From assembly GCA_045534315.1 (NCBI GenBank), contig JAZSJN010000179.1:1-51739 (forward strand): a stretch of 51,739 nucleotides of DNA, given 5' to 3'. The stretch comes from Candidatus Scatosoma sp. Its GTDB lineage: Bacteria > Bacillota > Clostridia > Christensenellales > Borkfalkiaceae. Shown here one piece after another: positions 44,340 to 51,739 of the stretch. Position numbers and translations under genes: made by a program. A model generated the notes under the pieces. It had not been told where the DNA came from. It was given only the letters and a program-made list of their open reading frames with translations, and ran no database searches. The first letter of the stretch is position 1, and every line of letters starts with the position of its first letter.

Positions 44340-44478
44340 AAGCTGCGATAAGCAGTAAAAGAAATTCGCGTAAAAAAACGGCGCGAAACAACCCCACGAG
44401 CGGGTGTTTATTGAGAAATAAAAAACAAAAAACTTTAAAAGAAAAACAAAAAAATTATATTATATGAGGAAAAATGCT

Positions 44479-46347
44479 ATGAAAAAAATCAAAAAGTTGT
44501 TGGTTAGCGCAATTGCACTGATGATGGCGTTCAGCACGGTAGCGTGCGGTGGTGGCGGCGGTGGTAACACCGGTGCGTCGAGTAGTTCGCAAGGCGGCGG
44601 CTCGTCCGTTGAAGAAAGCAGCTCGCAAGGCGGCGGTGCGTCTTCGGAAGAAGAAAGCAACTCGCAGGGTGGCGGTACTTCTTCGGGAGAGGAAGAAAAC
44701 GATTACGTACCGAAGAAACCCTATCAGTTGAACGTATTCAGTTTCAGCGGCGGTTACGGTAGAGCATGGTACGATGCATTGGCGAAGCGTTATGAAAAGG
44801 AACGCGCAGGCGACAAGATCGTAGTGAACGGAATCGAATACGACGGCGTAGACGTATCCACGAAATTTACGGGTACGAAAGACGTTATGTCGAGTATGAC
44901 GAATTCGGGCGCAAAATACGACGTGTGGTTCCAGGAACAGGTTTACTATAACCAAATTGTGAAGGCAAACAATATGTTCGCAGATATGACGGACGTTTTG
45001 ACCGAAACGAACCCTTACGAAACGGATAAGACGCTTGAAAGCAAGATGACGCCAGAACAGCAAGATTATTATCTGAGAGACGGTAAATATTATGGTATTC
45101 CTCACTATGCAGGTTACGTAGGTATCGTCTACAATAAGGCGTTGTTTGAAACGTTGAATCTGTACCTTGCAGACGGTTACGATAAAGAAGATTTAGCAAA
45201 CGATCCCGGGATGTGTTTTGTTTGGGACGCAACTGAAAAGCGTACGGCAGGTCCCGATGGTAAGTATGGCACGAACGACGACGGTTTGCCTACGACGTAC
45301 GCGGAATTCTACGCGCTTTGCGACGTAGTGAAACAGAGTAGTTTGAAACCCGTTGCTTGGGCAGGTAAATATAGACAGGAATATTTGAACTGGTTCATGA
45401 CGGCGCTGTCCGGAAACCACGAAGGGTTGGAACAGGCGTCCTTGAACTATTCGTTCGACGGTACGGCAACGAACTTGATCTCCGTAACGGAAGACGCAGA
45501 TGGTAACGTAACGGAAACGCCGATTGAAGACGTTGAACTCGACGCAAAGAATAACGGTTATAAATTGGCTAGTCAGCGCGGTAAATATTATGCACTTGCC
45601 TTCTTGGAAACGCTTGTAGATAGAGAATGGACGACGAAATCTTCCTTCTCCGGTACGCAGGAACAGACCAAGACGCAGCAGGAATTCGTTGAAGGTAACA
45701 TCAGTGATCCTACCGAACGTGCAGCGATGATGATTGAAGGTTGCTGGTGGGAAATGGAAGTTGCAAACTCCTTCTTGGCTCTTGAACAAGCAGGCGCTAA
45801 AAACCCCAAAGACAACTTCGCATGGATGCCGTTGCCTGCAATTGATGAAGAAGCGGCGGCTGTAAGAGCGGAAAAATTGCAAAACGGCGGCAAGGGTTAT
45901 ACCTTGACGGATACGCACAACTCGCTCTGCTTTATCGGTAAGCACCTTGAAAGCAACCCTGAAGTTTATGCGATTGCGAAGGATTTCGTACAGTTCGCAT
46001 ATACGGATGAATCCCTTGCTGAATTCTCGATCATTACCGACACGACGAAAGCGGTACAATACACAATGACGGACGCTCAAAAAGCGCAGATGTCCGCATA
46101 CGGTAGATCGCTTATGACGATGCAGGAACAGGCAGACATCGTATACACCTTCTCTAAAGGGCAGTTCTATCAAGATAACGAAGCAAAACTTGCCGAATAC
46201 AAAAAGGCGTTCAGTGCAAGATATACGGCGGATGGTAATGCGGTAGATATTGCTGTTGACGAATTTAGAAAGGGTGTAAGCGCGGTAACCTACTTCAACG
46301 TTTTGTACAACAATCAGAAATTTAAGTGGGATTATGAAATTATATAA
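44479..46347 (+). CDS. ABC-transporter extracellular solute-binding lipoprotein (large LplA-type SBP)
   Basis: Signal peptide plus lipobox (MKKIKKLLVSAIALMMAFSTVA-C), a G/S/E linker, and a ~560-aa SBP body. Start at ATG 44479 (GAGGA 8 nt upstream). Followed by two permease genes. Confidence 0.8.
   Translation: MKKIKKLLVSAIALMMAFSTVACGGGGGGNTGASSSSQGGGSSVEESSSQGGGASSEEESNSQGGGTSSGEEENDYVPKKPYQLNVFSFSGGYGRAWYDALAKRYEKERAGDKIVVNGIEYDGVDVSTKFTGTKDVMSSMTNSGAKYDVWFQEQVYYNQIVKANNMFADMTDVLTETNPYETDKTLESKMTPEQQDYYLRDGKYYGIPHYAGYVGIVYNKALFETLNLYLADGYDKEDLANDPGMCFVWDATEKRTAGPDGKYGTNDDGLPTTYAEFYALCDVVKQSSLKPVAWAGKYRQEYLNWFMTALSGNHEGLEQASLNYSFDGTATNLISVTEDADGNVTETPIEDVELDAKNNGYKLASQRGKYYALAFLETLVDREWTTKSSFSGTQEQTKTQQEFVEGNISDPTERAAMMIEGCWWEMEVANSFLALEQAGAKNPKDNFAWMPLPAIDEEAAAVRAEKLQNGGKGYTLTDTHNSLCFIGKHLESNPEVYAIAKDFVQFAYTDESLAEFSIITDTTKAVQYTMTDAQKAQMSAYGRSLMTMQEQADIVYTFSKGQFYQDNEAKLAEYKKAFSARYTADGNAVDIAVDEFRKGVSAVTYFNVLYNNQKFKWDYEII
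44584..44700 (+). repeat. three in-frame imperfect tandem repeats (36/39/42 nt) encoding (S/N)SQGGG-x-SS-x-EEE linker units
   Basis: SSQGGGSSVEES / SSQGGGASSEEES / NSQGGGTSSGEEEN immediately after the lipobox Cys-Gly6 stretch. Confidence 0.85.
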
Positions 46348-46412
46348 GCCGCGTCACGCGAGTTATATATAAGGAAAGGTTTGTTTTTTAAATGAAATTC
46401 CAATAAAAACAT

Positions 46413-46445
46413 CTGCGGAACTCCGCATCAAGCGGAGTTCTGCGG
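46413..46445 (+). promoter_or_regulatory. intercistronic stem-loop between the SBP and permease genes
   Basis: CTGCGGAACTCCGC / atcaa / GCGGAGTTCTGCGG (14 bp including two G-U pairs). No T-tract follows; the RBS of the permease gene begins 4 nt later. Confidence 0.5.
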
Positions 46446-46459
46446 GATAAGGAAAAATT

Positions 46460-47398
46460 ATGAACGAAATAAAACAAAAAAGAATAAAACCGAAGATCGA
46501 TAAAGGGGATATGATCTTTTATTGCGTCTTTTTGGCTTGGCCGGTGTTGCAGTTCTGTGTTTATTACATTGGGGTAAACTTCAATTCGATTTTGATGTCT
46601 TTCAAATGGTTTGATACGGATACCCGTGAAATGTCTTACAGTTTCAAGCAATACGGCGAAATTTTTAAATGGATGGGAACGGACGAGTTTAAAAGCTTGC
46701 TTACGGTTTCGTTAAAATCCTTTTTAATTACTACTGTAATATCCGTACCGCTCGGCTTGCTTTTTGCGTATTACATATTCAAAAAATTGCCTGCTTGGGG
46801 CGCATTCCGAGTAATACTCTTCTTGCCGAAGATTATTTCGGGCGTTGTAATCGCTTTGATTTTCCGTTGGTTTTTGGAAGAATACGTACCGTTTATCCTT
46901 CCCAGCGTAGGGAATTTGTTGGATACGGGGGGAAAATTGGAAAAGAATATATTCCCCGTTTTGATGTTCTATAATATCTGGGTTGGCTTTGGTACGACCG
47001 TCTTGATGTATTCCAACAAAATGTCGAGTATTTCCGATGAAATTATTGAATCGGCGCATTTGGACGGTGCGACGGGCTTTAAAGAATTTTGGTATATCGT
47101 ATTGCCGCTTACCTATTCGACGCTCTCCGTATTCTTGATTACGGGCGTTGCGACGGTATTCGTCGGTCAGTTCGGTGCGTATGAATTCTATCCTTTCGGT
47201 ACGCCGGCTGAGATTAAGAGTATCGGTTATTACTTCTTCGTAAACGTAAAAGGTGCGTTCGCAAATATCGTAGACCCGCAAAACACGGCAGCGATTTACA
47301 AATATGCGGCGTTGGGTATCATTTTGACGTTTATTACGATTCCGGTTGCGTTTACCATTCGTTGGGCGTTGGAAAAATTTGGACCTAGTGAAGATTGA
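46460..47398 (+). CDS. ABC sugar-transporter permease (MalF/LplB-like)
   Basis: Six hydrophobic segments and an EAA loop, IESAHLDGATGFKEFWYIVLP. Confidence 0.85.
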   Translation: MNEIKQKRIKPKIDKGDMIFYCVFLAWPVLQFCVYYIGVNFNSILMSFKWFDTDTREMSYSFKQYGEIFKWMGTDEFKSLLTVSLKSFLITTVISVPLGLLFAYYIFKKLPAWGAFRVILFLPKIISGVVIALIFRWFLEEYVPFILPSVGNLLDTGGKLEKNIFPVLMFYNIWVGFGTTVLMYSNKMSSISDEIIESAHLDGATGFKEFWYIVLPLTYSTLSVFLITGVATVFVGQFGAYEFYPFGTPAEIKSIGYYFFVNVKGAFANIVDPQNTAAIYKYAALGIILTFITIPVAFTIRWALEKFGPSED

Positions 47399-47412
47399 GA
47401 AGGAGGAAAAAG

Positions 47413-48555
47413 ATGGCTAAAAAAATCAAAGAAAAGAAAGAATCCTTCTCGCCGCTCACGATCATTTTGTTGATCATCTTGATCTTGTATTGTATCTCGT
47501 TCTTCTATTTATTGTTGTGGGGCGTATCTGCATCCTTGAAGATCGACAGTAACTTTTTCGAATGGCAGCAGGATAAACTGTTCAGTAATTATGGGAAATT
47601 CGACAATCATTTGATGGGCATGAAAGCTGCGCGTGAAGCGGAATATCTCCAACTGAAAGAATTGTATGATACGCTTGGTAGAGATATGGGGCGCGATAAA
47701 TACAATCAGATGTTATTGTTAAAAGACGAGGTTTACGGCAAGTTCGACAGCAACGGAATATTGATAGATCCGTCGCCCTGGGATACCGCATTAACGAAGT
47801 ATAGTTCGCAAAAGCAAGAAATGAAAGTTTTCCTGCCCTTCTATGCGTATAAAAACGTTTTCCAAGAATACGAAATTATGATTACGAAAACGCGAGAAGT
47901 CGTCGGCATGTGGGAAATGTACGGAAACAGTATTATGTATGCAGGCGGTTGTGCGTTGGCGGCAACGTTCGTGCCTTGTATCACGGCGTACGCGTGCGCG
48001 CGTTTCAATTATAAATTCTCGCGCATTATACACACGACGGTTATCGTCGTCATGATGATCCCCATCGTCGGTAGTATGCCTTCGGAAATCAAGATTGCGC
48101 AAGCCACGGGGGTTTACGATAAATTCTACGGCTTATGGGTAATGAGAGCAAACTTCTTAGGGCTGTATTTCCTTGTGTTCTACGACATTTGCAAGGCGTT
48201 GCCGACGTCTTTCTCGGAGGCAGCGAAGATGGACGGCGCAAACAACTTCCAGATATTCTTTAAGATTGCAATGCCGTTGATCAAAAATACGTTCTTTACG
48301 ATATTGTTGATCCGCTTTATCGAATTCTGGAACGAATATCAGGCGCCTATGGTATACACCCCCAGTTTCCCCACGATTGCAATAGGCTTGAACAACATGA
48401 TGGGTAAAAACTCTGACTCGATCAAATTTGATACGACGATGATTCCTTCAAGAATGGCGGCGGCGGTACTGACGGCAGCGCCCGTATGCATACTGTTCGC
48501 ATGTTTCCAAAAACGACTGCTTGGCAATCTTACGATGGGCGGCGTGAAAGGTTAA
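47413..48555 (+). CDS. ABC sugar-transporter permease (MalG/LplC-like) with ~110-aa extracytoplasmic insertion after TM1
   Basis: EAA loop SEAAKMDGANNFQIFFKIAMP. Start at ATG 47413 after GGAGG. A long hydrophilic loop (aa ~45-160) lies between TM1 and TM2. Confidence 0.8.
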   Translation: MAKKIKEKKESFSPLTIILLIILILYCISFFYLLLWGVSASLKIDSNFFEWQQDKLFSNYGKFDNHLMGMKAAREAEYLQLKELYDTLGRDMGRDKYNQMLLLKDEVYGKFDSNGILIDPSPWDTALTKYSSQKQEMKVFLPFYAYKNVFQEYEIMITKTREVVGMWEMYGNSIMYAGGCALAATFVPCITAYACARFNYKFSRIIHTTVIVVMMIPIVGSMPSEIKIAQATGVYDKFYGLWVMRANFLGLYFLVFYDICKALPTSFSEAAKMDGANNFQIFFKIAMPLIKNTFFTILLIRFIEFWNEYQAPMVYTPSFPTIAIGLNNMMGKNSDSIKFDTTMIPSRMAAAVLTAAPVCILFACFQKRLLGNLTMGGVKG

Positions 48556-48600
48556 TAAAGGTTAATAAAATTTAGTAAATAAAATAAGGAGAAAAATAAG

Positions 48601-51570
48601 ATGAAAAGAATGAAAAAATTTCTTATCGCCTCCATGTGCGTAGCTGCAATAGGCGCGATCGCTGCACCTATTACGGGCGCAGTGTTATCCGGTAAAGCAG
48701 CGGATACGCCGACGTGGGAAGAGATCAATCTTGAAACGTCGTACGTACGTGACGATACGCTTAGCATTCCTGATCGTTCCATTTCGATCAACGGCAACGC
48801 GTATGACGCTACGATCAGATTGGTATATCCGGACGGTAAGAAGTCGATTGTGGAGAGCGGGGATATGGCGTTGACGCAACCCGGTCAGTACACGTTGATT
48901 TACGAGGCAAAAGACGATTCGTCCGTACTTTATACAGACGAAATCCCTTTCTTGGTTGCGGATAAGCTCTGGAGTACGAGTAACCCTAAGAGTTCGATCG
49001 AATACGGCAAAGTAGGTTCGACGAACGCGCTCATGGTAAAACTTGCTAAAAACGACGTATTGAGCTTTAATAGAATTATCGATTTGTCCGATTTGACTTT
49101 GGACGATACGTTGATCAGGGCGTTTATCAATCCCGAGATTGTTGGTACGTACGAATTCGATAAGCTCGTATTCACATTTACGGACGTTACCGATCCCACG
49201 CAGACGTTGACGATCCGCGGAAACAGAAGTTCCACCAACAACCAAAGATTTGCAAGTTATTGGACGAGCGCTGGCCCTGAACAGACGCTTGGCGGTTGGG
49301 ACCCGAACGCAGGATATTTCTCTAATTACGTAACCGACGGTATCCGCGGTAGACACGCAATGAACGCGTCGTTCTATTCGCAAGTTGGTGCGTACGGTTC
49401 GCAATATGTCGGCGGTTGTACGCATTGGGACGAGACGGCAGATAAATGCTCGTTTAAGATAACGTACGACACGAACGACGTAAAAACGTATATTAACGAT
49501 ACGTGGATCGCTGATCACGACAACGGCGAATATTATGAAAAAGAACCGTTGTGGCGTGGTTTCCCTAGCAATAAAGTGCTCTTGACGGTAGAAGCGGCAG
49601 ATTGCGTAGGTGAAGCGGCAAACTTCTGTATTTCCGAATTGTACGGCTATGATTTCACGCAGGAAAACGTTTTTGTGGAACAGGATGCTCCCGAGATCAA
49701 GGTAGACGTGGACGAAAAATACGTTTCGGTTCAAAACGGAAATAACGTTATGATCCCTACCGCAGTAAAGGGCGGTTATTATCCCGTACCTACGGCAAGC
49801 GCGTTCGACGCTTATTCGGGCGAAGTGAAAGTAGAAAGAAAGGTATACCATAACTATATCAGCGAAACGAACAGAAAGGAACGTCCGATCAAGAACGACA
49901 CGTTCTTGGTTAGAGAAACGGGGGACTATACGATCGTATATACCGCAACGGACGCTATGGGGAATACAAGCGAAGTCCTTTATAAGGTGACTGCGGTTAA
50001 AGAATTGAAAAATCCTTTGGCGATTACCGTTGATTCTGCAAATGCGAAAATCAGCGGCGTATGCGGCGAAAAGATTACCGTAGCAGATTACGAGGCTACG
50101 GGCGGTAGCGGAGACGTAAACGTAACCGTCACGGCAAGTTGTGGCGATACGACGTTGGACGTAACGAAGGGCTATTTCATTCCCGAACAGGCAGGCGAAT
50201 GGACGGTAACGTACGAAGCAAAGGACTACGCGGGTATTGAAGAAACTACTTCGTATACGGTAAACGTTGAATTTGGCACAGAGCCCATCTTCGTTGAAGA
50301 TCCTTTCCTTCCTAAATATATTATATCGGACATTCCATATACCGTTCCTGTTGTAAAGGCAAACGATTATTCGACGGGTACGAAAGTGGAATGCGTAGCG
50401 GATATGGTATTGAAAGACGCAAACGGTGAAACTTCCTATAAGGCAGGCGAATCGTTTACGCCCGTTGTCAATGAAGAAAACCCCGTAGTAACCTTAATCT
50501 TTAAGGTGGGCGAAGCGGAATACGTTAAAGAAATTCCCGCGATTATTGCGTTGAAGAAAAACGGCAGCAGAAGTTCGGTTTATATCGATAAGATGTTTAT
50601 CGGCGATAATTTTGAAGCGGAAAGAACGCAGAACGGGTTGAAGATGACGGCGCAAGAAGATGGCAACACCAATTGGATGTTCGCAAACGCTCTCGTTGCA
50701 AGAAATTCGTCGATAACGGTCAAAGGTATTAAAGGTAGCAGTATTTTCAGCGCAATGAAAGTAACGTTTACCGATTATATGGACGAAAAGATTGCAGTAA
50801 CGATGTATATCGAAAATCAGAAAAACGGCTTAGCAAGAGTAAACTTCGGCGATTTGAACCGTGAACTTAATAAAGGGTTTAATCTCGGTAGTGATGAAAG
50901 CGGTAACGCATTGGACGAATTTACGTTCAGCTATAAGCTTGACAAATTCTACGTAGACAGCTTGGCGGTTAACGTGACGACGGACGACAATGGTAACGCG
51001 TTTAACGGTTTCCCTTCGGGCAGAGTTTATATCAGCATGGAAACGGAAAACGTGACCAGCGGTTCTTGCTATTTCATCAAGCAATTTGATAATCACGTAA
51101 TGACGATGTCTACGGCGGATAGAACGCAACCCAGAGTTGCTATTACGGGCAACTACGGCGGTATGCATTTGATCAACAGTACGTATACGATTACGCCTGC
51201 GCTAGCAAGTGATACGATCGACGCAACCGTTTCCGCAACCGTTACGGTAAAGACGCCTACGGGCGAGATCGTATCGGACGTAAACGGCTTGGCGTTGGAA
51301 AACGTACCTGGTAACCAAAATTACCAAATCAAACTGACGCAATACGGTCAATATATCGTAGAATACGTGGCAGTTGACTGTACGTCCGCTAAGGGTACGG
51401 CTTCTTATGCAATCAACGTATTTGACAAAAAGTTGCCGCAGGCAACGTTGGAAACGACTTGGTCGAATACTGCAAAGGTAGGAGACACAGTTGTTCTTCC
51501 CGAAATCTACGTTTCCGATGACGCTTCGTCGATAGAAGAGATGAAGGTATTTAGATACGTACGTAATCCC
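48601..51570 (+). CDS. secreted multidomain surface protein with repeated Ig-like (HYR-like) and jelly-roll-like modules; 3' partial
   Basis: Signal peptide MKRMKKFLIASMCVAAIGAIAAP. Recurrent G.Y.(L/V/I).Y.A.D motifs (GQYTLIYEAKD, GDYTIVYTATDAMGN, GEWTVTYEAKDYAG, GQYIVEYVAVD) alternate with two ~250-aa beta-rich blocks. The ORF-track stop at 51594 lies inside adapter sequence, so the real gene continues beyond the contig. Confidence 0.7.
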
Positions 51571-51654
51571 AAGTCGGAGGCCAAGCGGTCTTAGGAAGAC
51601 AATACTAATGGCCAACTCCTTGGCTCACAGAACGACATGGCTACGATCCGACTT
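51571..51654. other. MGI/BGISEQ (DNBSEQ) library adapter: forward adapter + 10-nt barcode + reverse complement of the read-2 adapter
   Basis: 51571-51602 is AAGTCGGAGGCCAAGCGGTCTTAGGAAGACAA (exact). 51603-51612 is TACTAATGGC (index). 51613-51654 is CAACTCCTTGGCTCACAGAACGACATGGCTACGATCCGACTT, the exact reverse complement of AAGTCGGATCGTAGCCATGTCGTTCTGTGAGCCAAGGAGTTG. Confidence 0.95.
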
Positions 51655-51739
51655 CACAGTTGTTCTTCCCGAAATCTACGCTTCCGATGACGCTTCGTCG
51701 ATAGAAGAGATGAAGGTATTTAGATACGTACGTAATCCC
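51655..51739 (+). repeat. artefactual second copy of 51486-51570 (read-through around a circularised short insert)
   Basis: 84/85 identical to 51486-51570 (T at 51512 versus C at 51681), offset 169 nt = 85-nt insert + 84-nt adapter. Confidence 0.9.

Noticed and set aside
48685-49851. Long antisense ORFs opposite well-supported genes. Examples are 48685-49851 (388 aa), 18388-19578 (396 aa), 45193-46173 (326 aa), 30354-31334 (326 aa), 19485-20441 (318 aa) and 16273-17166 (297 aa).
   Set aside because: They are shadow ORFs on the complementary strand of genes with clear family motifs. Their translations are Arg/Phe/Val-rich with no motifs, no RBS and no independent intergenic context.
51486-51739. 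An 85-nt near-identical direct repeat with one substitution that could suggest a DGR template/variable repeat pair, a target-site duplication or a mobile-element end.
   Set aside because: The 84 nt between the copies are exact MGI/BGISEQ adapter sequences plus a 10-nt index. The single difference is T/C, not adenine-specific. This is a library or assembly artefact.

Overview
This is a 51.7-kb contig end from a Firmicutes/Clostridia-like genome, judged by Bacillus-type tsaC(ywlC)-ywlE-rpiB synteny, a DnaD-type initiator, DegV, DUF951 and GGAGG-type RBSs. It is almost certainly a short-read metagenome assembly, because the last 169 nt are an exact MGI/DNBSEQ adapter read-through. The window has four parts. 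(i) 0.1-5.6 kb holds a minus-strand amino-sugar operon (BadF-type kinase, NanE-MurQ fusion, 646-aa unknown) and its AraC regulator; an identical 14-bp motif sits upstream of both promoters. (ii) 5.7-25.7 kb is a housekeeping block: tRNA-Ser, DnaD/DnaB-type initiator, sbcDC, DUF951, lepB, DegV, ACT+UPF0210, pepF, replicative helicase dnaB, tsaC, LMW phosphatase, rpiB, MscS, S51 peptidase and tRNA-Leu. (iii) 25.8-29.5 kb carries two XRE-HTH genes, one of them an HTH-ADP-ribosylglycohydrolase fusion, followed by ribokinase. (iv) 29.6-51.6 kb is an accessory glycan-utilisation region with GH78 rhamnosidase, a GH43-like gene, two distant GH42-like TIM barrels, a cupin isomerase, DUF4432, two more AraC regulators, a second murQ plus BadF-type kinase, DUF4434, an LplABC-type ABC transporter and a secreted Ig/jelly-roll protein of at least 990 aa. 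Three operons in part (iv) are preceded by a near-identical 64-bp promoter/operator module, which defines one regulon. That regulon is my best candidate for an undescribed system: ABC-dependent scavenging of MurNAc or other lactyl-ether sugars. I saw no CRISPR array, transposase, integrase or prophage genes. All product calls come from reading motifs in the supplied translations; no database search was run.
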